A stretch of DNA of 64,000 nucleotides, taken from the NCBI GenBank assembly GCA_963849325.1, contig CAWKHF010000004.1, positions 96,001 through 160,000 on the forward strand. The letters run 5' to 3'. The stretch is from an uncultured Planctomycetota bacterium. GTDB taxonomy: Bacteria > Planctomycetota > Planctomycetia > Gemmatales > Gemmataceae. A program made the translations under genes and the position numbers. Under the pieces are notes generated by a model that saw only the letters and a list, made by a program, of their open reading frames with translations, was not told where the DNA came from and did no database searches. Shown piece after piece: positions 41,394-51,751 of the stretch (positions are counted from its first letter, which is position 1; the number at the start of each line of letters is the position of its first letter).

Positions 41394-42359
41394 ATGACCA
41401 TGATCGCACCTGGACCCTGCCGCATCACCCACGGCCCTCACGATTCGTATTTCAAGAACATCGAGGGCAAGTCGGTCGCCTCGATCCGGCGCTCCCTGGC
41501 GAGTGTCTTCAGCATCCCCAACGACGCCGAGGCGTTCATCGGCGGCTCGGTGGTCGATGGCCAGTCCCGGCTCCGGGCGGGCGACTGGCTGACGTTCTTG
41601 AAGCTGCGGGGGCGGAAGGGATCGGTGCGGGAGCCGATGCTTCCGCCGCCAGAGCATTGGGATGAAGACAAGACGCCCATGCGCCGCCTTTTGCACCTGG
41701 AGGCCAGCACCTACCGGGTCGATACGCTCTTCGACCTTCCACCGGCCAGGGCGGACTGCTTCACCGAGAACTACGTCGTCAGTCCAGGCGGCCACTTCGC
41801 CTATCGCAATCGCATCCTGCTCGGTGGAATGCCTCTTCGCCTTTTCGGAAAGGATCAGGCGATGGTCGTCTGGAATGGCGACGTGGTGATCCCCATGCTC
41901 TTGGACATGACGGCGGACTCCCGGTGCGGCGGGAAGTTCCCGGCGACGGCGACCAGGGAGGAGCGGGCGAAGTGGGCAGCGGTCTGGATGTCGATGACCC
42001 CCGCTGAAATGCTGACCCAGCGCAGCGGCGTCCAGGCAGCCGAGGGCACCGTCGTCCTCGGCGGGCTGGGCCTGGGCTGGCTGCTGCGGAAGGTCTGCGA
42101 GAAGCCGTCCGTCGAGCGTGTCATCGTCGTGGAGAAGAGCCGGGAGTTGCTGGACTGGTACGGGACCGACCTGTGCAAGCGGTACGGCAAGGTTTCCGAC
42201 GTGATCTGCGACGACGTTTACAACCAGATCGGCAAGCACGGGGCCGGGGTCAAGTACCTGCTGGACATCTGGCTGTGGTTCGGCCAGGCACGGCGGGACA
42301 GCCGGTTCAAGGCGTTGAAGCGCAAGCTGAAGAAGCGGCTTTGGGGATGGGGGTTCTGA
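41394..42359 (+). CDS. Ubl-like domain fused to class I SAM-binding (spermidine-synthase-like) domain
   Basis: aa 1-76 end LRGRKG; later VWMSMTPAE, VVLGGLGLG, VIVVEKS. Confidence 0.8.
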   Translation: MTMIAPGPCRITHGPHDSYFKNIEGKSVASIRRSLASVFSIPNDAEAFIGGSVVDGQSRLRAGDWLTFLKLRGRKGSVREPMLPPPEHWDEDKTPMRRLLHLEASTYRVDTLFDLPPARADCFTENYVVSPGGHFAYRNRILLGGMPLRLFGKDQAMVVWNGDVVIPMLLDMTADSRCGGKFPATATREERAKWAAVWMSMTPAEMLTQRSGVQAAEGTVVLGGLGLGWLLRKVCEKPSVERVIVVEKSRELLDWYGTDLCKRYGKVSDVICDDVYNQIGKHGAGVKYLLDIWLWFGQARRDSRFKALKRKLKKRLWGWGF

Positions 42360-42364
42360 ACATC

Positions 42365-43216
42365 ATGCTCTTGACTGGCGAACGCTGGGCACCGGGCCGG
42401 GAGATGCACGACCCCGGACACTGCCGCATCACCCACGGCCCTTGCGATTCTTATTTGCCGAACCTCGCTGGCAAGTCGGTGGCATCGGTGCGGCGTGGCC
42501 TGGCGACCGTCTTCTCGATCTCCACCGAAGCTGAGGCTTTCGTCGGCGGTTCGGTGGTCGGTCCCGATTACCGGCTCCGGGCGGGTGACTCGGTGCTGTT
42601 TCTGCGGCGTGGGTGGGGGCGGAAAGGGGCGTTCACCAAGTTTGGGACCATCCTGGCTGACCCGGCCTGGCCTTACCGCTCGCCCCGTGCTGTCGTCGGT
42701 AACGGTGGTCGGGGAAACCCGGATGGCCACGCCAAGGACATCACCCAGGTCGATGCCAGTGCGCACTACCCGGTGATGACCTTGGAGGAGATCAAGGCGT
42801 TGCCAGTCGAGGAGGTCGCCGCCGACGCCGCCCACCTTTACCTCTGGACCACGAACGCCTTCATGGTCGAGGCCCACGACGTTGCCCGTGCCTGGGGCTT
42901 CCAGCCGAAGACGATCCTGACATGGGTAAAGCTCAAGCTGGACCGCCCGGAAGTCTCGATGAAGACGGGCCACTGGTATCGCTCGGCCACGGAACACATC
43001 GTTTTCGGCGTCCGGGGTAGCCAGCGGCTCTTGGGATCGGCGGTGCCCACGGCCTACCTGCTGCCCAGGCTCCCGCACAGCGAGAAGCCTGAGTTCTTCT
43101 ACAAGCTGGTCGAGGCGCAAAGCCCTGGCCCGTACCTGGAGCTTTTCGCCCGGCGCCGCTGGCCTGGCTGGGACGCCTGGGGGAACGAGATCGAATCCAC
43201 GATCCGGTTGACGTGA
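42365..43216 (+). CDS. Ubl-like domain fused to MT-A70 family adenine methyltransferase (start 42365 or 42404)
   Basis: CRITHGP...GRKG then ILADPAW, HYPVM, HLYLWTTN, TEH, HSEKP, YLELFAR, WGNE. Confidence 0.9.
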   Translation: MLLTGERWAPGREMHDPGHCRITHGPCDSYLPNLAGKSVASVRRGLATVFSISTEAEAFVGGSVVGPDYRLRAGDSVLFLRRGWGRKGAFTKFGTILADPAWPYRSPRAVVGNGGRGNPDGHAKDITQVDASAHYPVMTLEEIKALPVEEVAADAAHLYLWTTNAFMVEAHDVARAWGFQPKTILTWVKLKLDRPEVSMKTGHWYRSATEHIVFGVRGSQRLLGSAVPTAYLLPRLPHSEKPEFFYKLVEAQSPGPYLELFARRRWPGWDAWGNEIESTIRLT

Positions 43217-43226
43217 GAAAGGACGA

Positions 43227-43892
43227 ATGAGGATGCTTCCCGTGCCGTTGACTTCGCCGCCCAAGAACGCAGTTGCAGGCAGTGGCGGACTTCAGCCCCC
43301 ACCGGCCTGCCGCATCACCCACGGCCCCAACGATTCTTATTTCGAGAACGTCGAGGGCAGGTTCGTCGCCTCGATCCGGCGCTGCCTGGCGACCGTCTTC
43401 TCCATCCCCGACGACGCCGAGCCTTTCATCGGCGGCTCGGCGGTCGCTGCTGAGTACAGGCTCCGGGCGGGCGACTGGTTGGAGTTTTTCAAGCGGCGTG
43501 GGCGGAAGGGTGCGCTGGAGCCGGAGGAACTGGTCCTCATCGAGAAAGAAGGCTTGACCTTGACCGAGGCCGCAGCCCTGCTTCCCGGCAGGAAGCCCGG
43601 CAAGCGGCTTTACGTTAATACGATCCGCCGCTGGTGCATGAAGGGGCTTCGCAACGGCGTCCGGCTGCGCTCCGTCTTGATCGGCGGGCACCGGCTCACC
43701 ACCCGGCGCTGGTTGCAGGAGTTCATCCAGGCGATGGACGAGGCGCATGAGCCGGGGGAATCCAGCCCACCCGTGATCCGCACTCCCCGCCAGCGCAAGA
43801 GCGCCGCTGAACGGGCCGTGGAGGAGTGGAAGGCGTTCTGGAAAAAAGGCGACCGCCCACCGAGCCAAGGCGACTCGCAGCCTCGTACATGA
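43227..43892 (+). CDS. Ubl-like domain fused to DUF1580-like excisionase-type HTH
   Basis: CRITHGP...GRKG then LTLTEAAALLP...TIRRWCMKG..GVRLRSVLIGG..LTT...LQEFI. Confidence 0.85.
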   Translation: MRMLPVPLTSPPKNAVAGSGGLQPPPACRITHGPNDSYFENVEGRFVASIRRCLATVFSIPDDAEPFIGGSAVAAEYRLRAGDWLEFFKRRGRKGALEPEELVLIEKEGLTLTEAAALLPGRKPGKRLYVNTIRRWCMKGLRNGVRLRSVLIGGHRLTTRRWLQEFIQAMDEAHEPGESSPPVIRTPRQRKSAAERAVEEWKAFWKKGDRPPSQGDSQPRT

Positions 43893-43992
43893 GCTTCAGC
43901 GCATTCCGACGCTCGCTCGTTGGGGGCTACGGTGCGGCTGGCCTGATGGCGAACCAGCCACACCTTTCTCCTCGCCCTCGTCCCGCCGCTGA

Positions 43993-45360
43993 TTACCCCA
44001 TCTCCAGAGCGATCTTCTCCACCAACTCCATGTCCTTCTCGGCGTAGATTTCGGCGGTGGACAGCTTCGTGTGACCCATGTAGGCCCGTGCCGCTTCCAC
44101 GCCGTACTTCTTGCACACGTCCGTCCCGCAGACGTGCTTCAACTGGTGCGGATGCCAGTGGGGAACCCCGGCCTTCTTACAGGCACGTTCGATGGCACGG
44201 GCGTAGCTGTGGCGGTCGTAGTGGTCCCGTGGCTCTCGCTTCGGCTTGGCTTTTTTCTTCTTGGCCTGGCGTGCGACGTGCGATGGCCACAGCGGGGTCT
44301 TCCGCCGCTTCCGTCGCTCATCGTACTTCCTCTGGCGTGCCTCTCGTGGCTGGAACAGGAACTCGTCCTCGTTTTCCCGGAACCATTCCTTTAGGATCGC
44401 CTGTGCCTTCGGGCCGATGGGCAGCAGCTTCACCGACGCCGAGCCGTCCGCCTCCTCGACATGGGCTGTCTTGTGCAGGTTGGCCGGACCTTCATGGGGA
44501 ATCTCGTTGGGGTCGATCCGATACCACCAGACGGGTCCGCTGCGGTCGATGTTCCGGCCCCGCATCAGGCAGATTTCCGTCTCCCGTGCGCCGATCAACG
44601 GCTGGAGCCGCACCATCGCCGCCACCTGGGGGCAGAGGAAGGGCAGCACGGCCTCGACGTGCTGCTGCGACACCGGCCTGACCTTCGGCCTCTCGTAAGT
44701 CCCTGGGTGGCCCCGCCGCAGCCCCCGCACCGTCATGAGCGCCTGGTACACCGAGGGCGGGACCAGTTCCTCGGAGACGGCCCACTTGAACGTCCGCTTG
44801 ATGAGGTCGATCCTGCGATTGATCTCCTTCCGGGAGATCGCTTTCTTCTTTTTCAGAAGCTCGACGGGCTTCCACTCGCCCTTCCGCTCGGCCTCCCACT
44901 GGTCGGCGTGCCCCGCCCGCTGGCGGATGCGGCTCTCCGGCAACCACCTTTCCCACGTCACCGAGTCGTCGGCAAGGCGGATGAGGTAGCGGTGGTCGTC
45001 GATCATCTTCTGGCGGACGGCCTTGAGCTTCAGCGGGCCGAACTCGGACGCCGGGGTGAGGCCGTAAAGGTCGATGAGGGGAGCCTGGGCGTACTGGTAG
45101 TTGTCCTTTTCGCCGGAAGGCGACCCATCGACCAGGCGGTAGTAGACCTCGGCGTGCTTGCAGAAGCGCACGCAGACCTCGGCTACCGACAGGTCCGGGC
45201 ACCGGCCACCGGCTGCCGTGGACGGGGCGAGCATCCCGGCTGCCAGCCACTCGTTGATGACACGGGTGTACTCCCGCTTGCTTTCTTCGGAGTCGAAGGG
45301 GCCGAGCAGGAAATCCCGGTACTTGCCGCCGCCGAGCGGCAGCGATACGACGGCCTGACC
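43993..45360 (-). pseudogene. Tyrosine integrase, 5' end replaced by IS
   Basis: SGQAVV...LGP, GARETEI, HQLKH, MGH, TAEIY; sequence upstream of 45365 is IS. Confidence 0.85.
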
Positions 45361-45365
45361 AGACT

Positions 45366-46690
45366 CAGTAGTTTCCGGTTCGGGCTGAGGGAGGAGGGGT
45401 GAGGGAGACAATCGCAAGGCTCCTCCTGAGAATGACTTGTACCACCAAGGACATTCCAGGAGGGAGCCATGCGACAACGGCAGTATACACTCACCCCCGC
45501 CCACGTCCACGCCCACGTCAGCGCCCGGATGCAACAATATCTCCGCCTGGCTGACCACGGCCCCCGCTGCCGAGCCGATACCCTGTGGGCCGTCCTCTGC
45601 TACGCCGCCAGCCGCATCATCTCTCTGGCCGCCGCCTGCGCCGCCCTCCGCGACGCGCCCTCCGACACCGCCGCCCACGACGCCCTGCTCGCCACCCTCC
45701 CTGACTACGCCGAACTGCAACGCCGCCTCAACCGCGCCCTGCAAGGCGACCTGCCCCACGCCTTACGCCGACGCCGCCAGCCCTTGGCCATCGACTTGGT
45801 GCTCATCCCCTACCACGGCAGACCCCTGCACCACGCCGACGAGGTCTACCGCAGCCAAGCCAAGAGCGGCACCAGCCACTTCCACGCCTACGCCACCGCC
45901 TACGTCATCCAGAAGGGCCGACGCTTCACCGTTGCCCTCACCCCGGTGGCCCGCCACGACGCCATGCCGGAGGTGCTCAAGCGGCGGCTGCGTGAGGCGG
46001 CGCGGGCCGGCATCCGCCCGCGTTATCTGCTGTTGGACCGCGGCTTTTGCAGCGTGGACGTCATCCGCTACCTGCAGAATGCCCGCTACGCCTGGTTGAT
46101 GCCGTTGGTGCTGCGCGGGCGCAAGGCCGACCACCCCAAGGGACCGTCGGGCAGCCGGGTTTTCGCCGGCCGCAAGCGTAGCGGCTGGGCCGAGTACACG
46201 ATGACCAACGCCGCCAAACGCCGGGCGCGGTTCCGGGTGTGTATCAAGTGTCGCAACCGTCGCGGCGAGCGGGGGCGGCATGGCCGTGAGGCGTTGGTGT
46301 ATGCCTTCGGCGGGCCGTTGCGTCCGTCGTCGTATACGTGGGTGAAGGAGACGTATCGGAGTCGGTTCGCCATCGAGACGAGTTACCGTCAGATGCACCA
46401 GGCGCGGATTCGGACCTGCACGCGCGATCCGCTGCTGCGTTTGTTGTACGTGGGGGTGGCGTTGCTCTTGCGCAACGTCTGGGTGTGGTTGCATGGGCAG
46501 GTGTTGGCGCGTCGTCAGCGAGGCGGTCGGCGGATCGACCTGGGGCGTTTGAGCTTTCGCAAGATGCTGGTGTGGTTGCAACACTGGGCCGAAGCCCATT
46601 TGGGAATCCACGATGAAATCGCCACGGAACATCGGATGTATGAATGAGTTGGGGAATGGTATCATAATTCACACTCACCGGAAACTACTG
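45366..46690 (+). mobile_element. ISH3-family insertion sequence (1325 bp)
   Basis: TIR CAGTAGTTTCCGGT / ACCGGAAACTACTG; AGACT at 45361-45365 and 46691-46695. Confidence 0.88.
45469..46647 (+). CDS. ISH3-family DDE transposase
   Basis: LAIDLVLIPYHG, KSGTSHFHAYAT, LLLDRGF, YRSRFAIETSYR. Confidence 0.9.
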   Translation: MRQRQYTLTPAHVHAHVSARMQQYLRLADHGPRCRADTLWAVLCYAASRIISLAAACAALRDAPSDTAAHDALLATLPDYAELQRRLNRALQGDLPHALRRRRQPLAIDLVLIPYHGRPLHHADEVYRSQAKSGTSHFHAYATAYVIQKGRRFTVALTPVARHDAMPEVLKRRLREAARAGIRPRYLLLDRGFCSVDVIRYLQNARYAWLMPLVLRGRKADHPKGPSGSRVFAGRKRSGWAEYTMTNAAKRRARFRVCIKCRNRRGERGRHGREALVYAFGGPLRPSSYTWVKETYRSRFAIETSYRQMHQARIRTCTRDPLLRLLYVGVALLLRNVWVWLHGQVLARRQRGGRRIDLGRLSFRKMLVWLQHWAEAHLGIHDEIATEHRMYE

Positions 46691-49600
46691 AGACTATGTA
46701 CACCTGACCCGAAGTCAGAATAGTCGATTTCGAGGTGCGCCAAACCTTCCCACTGTTATCAGTCGCTAAACGATAACCCGATGCTTGCTCCATCAATTGG
46801 ACCAGAGCCTGCTGCGGGGCGGCGGCACCATTTACGCTTAAGCCTGTGTAAACGTTGTAGAAGAACGAAGCGGAGGAAGTAGCCAGATTTCCATTGTTGG
46901 AGACCGTATATTCAACACTTACGTTGGCGGCTGGACCACCATCGGGTGCCATTCCCTGAATGACAATCGGGATAGGCTTCCCTGTCGCGTTGAAGTCCTT
47001 CCTGGGAGGGCCACCTGGTCCGACCAAACTCCACGGACCTCCTTGCACTGGCTGCCACCATACTCGAACGGAGTTCGGGATGCTCCACGTCAGCGTTCCC
47101 GTGGAGTTCGCCGGGCCAATGGTGATCGTGCCTTCGACAAGGTTTGAATCCAAGGTTGGAAGAACCGTACTTTGCCGATAGTCCGCCATCTGTAAAATTG
47201 GATTAAGTGGATCCTTCATGCGCACATAAAAATCATCATCAAGGTGAATTCGTAACCCTGGTTGGGCTGCGGCAATAGGATTGAGCGTGCGACCGAAGTC
47301 GAGCTTGACCGCCGGGACCACCGCCTGCGGCTTCTCTTCCGGCGGCGGCGCCGGTGGCGCCGCCGCGGCCACTAGAAGGGACTCGAATACCTGAGCCGTG
47401 CTCTGCGCCGTAACGCTGCCACTCGGACCCGTGATCGTTACCTGGACCGTGTAATCGGGATTCTCCTCGCTGTACGTATGCATCCCGGTGACGGTGAAAT
47501 ATCCCCCTCCGCCATCGACCGTGCCGCCCGTCGGCGCCGTGCCGTCGCCCCAATCGATGGTGGCGCTGAAGTCGCTGGCTTGATCGTTCAGGTTCTGGTC
47601 CATGAACGTCGCCACCGTGACCGGAGCGACCTTGACCACGCCCTGGACCTCCTGCACGATCGCCTGGCTGCCTCCGACGTCCGTGATGGTGACGGTCACG
47701 TTGTAATAGTGTTGGATGCCGTACGTGTGACTGCCGATGACGCTGAAGACGCCATTGCCCCCGCTAATCACCCCTGCCGTGGACGAACCATCGCCCCAAT
47801 CGATGGTGGCGCTGAAGTCGCTCGCCAAGGCGTAGGGATTGGGATCGGTGAACTGCGCCATCGTCACGCCGTTCAACGGCACATTCGGACCCGGCTCCAG
47901 GTATCCTCCTCCCTGCGTGGCCGTCAACGCCGCGTCCACCACGGTTACCGCGTCGCTGACCGTCTGCGTACTGCCGTCGGGCCCCGCGATCGTCACCACC
48001 GCCGTATACGATCCCTCCTCGGTGTAGGTGTGCGTATCGATGACGCTGAACGTTCCGTTCGAGCCAGTTACCGTGGCCGCGTCCTGGTTGCCGTCGCCCC
48101 AATCGACCACGGCCGAGTAGTCGTCGGCGCTGTAGCTGGGATCGGTATCCGTGAGAGCCGCTAACGTGAAGTTATTCGCTATTCCTTCGGTCGCTTGCGG
48201 GGAGGTTCCGGCCGCCGTGAAGGTGCCGCCGTCCACCGCCGCCCCGCTCAGGGCCGTGGCTGTGTTGCCCGAACTGTCCGCGACCGTCACCGTGACTAGG
48301 AATTGCTGACCGCCCGTTGCCTCGGTGTAGGTGTGGCTGCCGGTCACGCTGAGACCGCCGCCCGATCCCGCGATGGTGCCGTTATCGGTCGTGCCGTCGC
48401 CCCAGTCAATCGTGGCCGAGTAATCCCCGGCCTGGCCGTTGCCGGTGAACGTGGCCACGGTCACGTCGTTGAGCGGCACGCCTACCTGGGCCGACAGGGT
48501 CGTTCCGGTCGCGGAGATGACCGGAGCGGTGACGGTGACTGTTGAGGCGGCCGTGGTCGTGGACCCGCCTGCGTCGCCGATGTACACCGTCGCGGTGAAT
48601 GTCCCCTGGGTCTGGTAGGTGTGGCTGCCGGAGACCGTGTACACGCCGTTGGTGAGGGTGATCGTGCCCAGGTCGGTCGGGCTGCCATCGCCCCAATCGA
48701 TGGAAGCGGCGTAGGAATCGATGGAGTCGTTGGGGTTGGCGTCGGTGAAGGTGGCGAGCGTGGCGTTGTTCAGGGCGCTGCCCTGTGGCGTGCTGAGCGT
48801 CTGCGGCGTGGCGCTCAGTGCGGCGTCGGAGACGGTGGCCGTCGCCGTGGCCACGGTGGTCATACCCACGTCATCGGTGATCGTCACGTTCACCGGGTAC
48901 GTCCCGCCATCGGCGTAGGTATGGCTGCCGGTGACGCTGTAATTTCCGCCAGAGCCGGTCACGGTGCCGTTATCGGTCGTGCCGTCGCCCCAGTCAATGG
49001 CGGCGGTGTAGCTACCGTTGCGGGTGTCGGTGAAGGTGGCCACCGTCACATCATTGGCCGGGATTCCCTCGCTGGCGCTGAAGGCGGGGTCCGCCGGGGC
49101 CATGGTCGAGACAACGACTGTGCTGGTGCCCGTGGCCGAATAGCCGTCCGCGCCCGTGACGGTGATCGTCGGAGTATACGTGCCGGCCGCGGCGTAAGTG
49201 TGATCACCTTGCACGTAAAATCCGGATTCATCGCCGACGATGGTGGTGTTGCCATCCAGGCCGGAGCCATCGCCCCAGTCGATCGTCGCCGTGTAGCCCG
49301 TCGCCGGCCCGAAGCCATCGACGGCCTGATCGGTGTTGGCGTCGGTGAAACTGCCGACCACCACCGTGCCGGTGTCCTGCCCGGCCGTGGCGTACAAGGA
49401 ATTGCCGGAGACCGACAGGGCGGCCTCGCCCACCGTGGCGCTGCCGGTCTGTGTCAGCGTCGCTCCGCCGGCGTCCGTTACCGTCACGTTGATCGGGTAC
49501 GTACCGGGGTTATCGTAGACGTGGCTGCCGGTCAGAGTGTAGCTGCCGCCGGAGCCGCTGACCGGAGCGTCATCGACCTGGCCATCGCCCCAGTCAATCT

Positions 49601-51269
49601 GGGCCATGTAGGCGTCGGAGCTATCGGACGTGTTGGCGTCGCTGAATGAGGCGGTCAGGGTGGTGCTGTCCCCCTCCGCGGCGGGCGTCACTGTCACGCC
49701 GGCCCCGGAGAGCGACTGGTCCGCGACCGTCGCCGTGCTCGACACAGCGGCCGAACTGCCGCCCTGGTCCACGATGGTCACGCTGACGGGGTAGTGCCGC
49801 TTTCCGCGTAGGTATGGCTGCCGAGCACCGTGAAGGCGCTCGGCGAGCCGGTGACCGTGCCGCTCGTCGGCGTGGTGCCGTCGCCCCAGTCGATGGTGAC
49901 GGCGAAGTCGCCCGGCTGCCCATAGGGGTTGGCGTCCGTGAACGTCGCCACGCTGACATTGTTGGCGGCAACGTTCTCGATCGCGCTGATGTCCGTCGGC
50001 GATGCACTCAAGGGAGCATCAGCGACCTCGGCCAAGGTGCTGCCGGTAACCGTTGCGCCGCCGGACTCCTGTTCCGTAATCGTCACATTGACCTGGAAGG
50101 TGCCGTACTCCTTGTAGGTGTGGGTGCCGGACACACCAAAGCCGCCGCCGGCCTGAGCCGTCACGGTCCCAGACGTTCGAGCCTGTACCATCGCCCCAGT
50201 CGATGAGAGCCTGAAAATCATCGGGGGTACTGTAAGGGTCCGAATCGGTGAACGATGTGACCGGGACATCGGTGACAGCGGTCCCTTCCACGGCCCGAAT
50301 GAGCGGACTGACGGGGGTGCCGGGAAAGCCATCGTAAATCCCTTCCTCCCAGGCATCGAACGTCGTTCCCGACGCACTCAATCCCCCGCCGTCGGACGGG
50401 CTATCGGCGGGCTGGAGTTGGGACGCGGTTTGATGGCCCGTGCCGAGCAGTCTCGATTCGGGTCCACGGCTGTGTGGCGCCACCAGCTGCGTCGTCCCTT
50501 CCGTCGGCGCATGGTTCGCGGGATTGATCGCCGGCCCCGCGGAGGGCGAAGACGTCACCGGCTCTCCGTGGCCGCCCGCCGCCGGCGACGCCGACGAGAA
50601 CGCTCCCTGGAGAGCGAGAGCGGCTGTTTGGGCGAGTTGGCCCTGGGCAGGACCAGCACCCGAAGAGCCTCCGCCCGATGAACCTCCACCGCCTCCCGAA
50701 TTGGTGCTGGTACCGCCTGGAGCGCCCGATGCGCCGGCCAGCGCGGCATGGTCCGGGGGAAGCGGAGCAGGGGTCTTGCCAGCGCTGCCGCGTTCCTTAT
50801 TGCCAGGATGCCGGCCCCATTAGGATTGACCCACGGATCGGCGAGGATGTCGGTCGCTCCCCCATGTCCGAACGGGTTGGGGGTAAAGGGACGTTGCTGC
50901 TGTCCCGACAAGGTATCCTGCGACGGCGAGTTTTCCTTGCTCCCGACTTCGCCGTCGCTTCCGGATGACGGCGCATTCAGTCGCGCCAGCGTGCTGAAGA
51001 CCGCATCGGTGAGCGCCACGTCGCGCCCACCCAAGGCGAGCGCGGTTTCATCGTTGTCGTCCGGAGCGGGCGAATGGGACGGCTCCGGTTGGCTAGTCTC
51101 GGCCGGAGTATGGACCAAGGCCATCTGATCCAGCGAAGGGATAGTGAAAGAACCGGGCAAACTCCGATCTTCCAGTCGCTTCGACCCCCAGCCGTGTCCG
51201 CCGCGACCGGCGGACGGATATGGGGCTGAGATCGTCATACGCCGACAGGAGGTCGATACACTGGCTCAT
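46691..51269 (-). CDS. Large surface protein with ~10 PKD/Ig-like DWGDG repeats; several frameshifts; 3' end cut by IS
   Basis: N-terminal RRTRLGVE..LEDRSLP; repeats ATFTD...IDWGDG...V.G.HTY...G.Y; frame runs into the IS. Confidence 0.8.
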
Positions 51270-51751
51270 CCTCTCGCTGCCCCAAAGCCAAAAGGCCCGG
51301 ACCCGGCGGCACCTGTGCTCCGAGAGCTTGTGCCCAACGTCGAAAAGTGACGCGCGCGTGCTTGCGAAGCTGGTTGCGGAACATAGGTGGCGTCCATTCA
51401 AATGGAGTGGGTCGAAGCCCCGGAATCGTTCCATCCGAATGGGACGAGCGGAGCCATCGTCTTCAATCAGCAACGGAAAGTCAAGGTAAACCGCCTCGAT
51501 TCTTGCGCAACGCGCCGATCCCCCATGCCAAGCGGCACGGAATGGAACCGGCAGCTGATGCAGTCGCATTGTGAGTAAGAAGGGACGCTCTATCAAGGGG
51601 CGCTCTGGGGAAGCTTTGGGGCGCTTGGGGAAGCTCGGTTCGCCGCCTTCGGCACCATCAGTCGCCTGTGGCCACCGTTCTTGTCGTGGCGTAACATAGC
51701 GCGGCCGGCCTCTTGCCGGGCAACGGTGAAACACTTTATCGAGAGATCCCC

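Larger units (their letters stand above)
1..45360. mobile_element. Integrated element (prophage/satellite/ICE-like); left boundary unknown, right end cut by an IS
   Basis: Tyrosine integrase, excisionase-like HTHs, primase/helicase-like genes, MTases, DUF932, ParB-like gene, dense small hypothetical genes; no att site, capsid or T4SS genes recognised. Confidence 0.75.

Noticed and set aside
45361-45759. N-terminal extension of the 588-aa integrase ORF
   Set aside because: It is the antisense strand of the IS, not integrase sequence
46691-50300. DWGDG repeats as DGR template/variable repeats or a non-coding array
   Set aside because: In-frame protein domain repeats; no reverse transcriptase in the window
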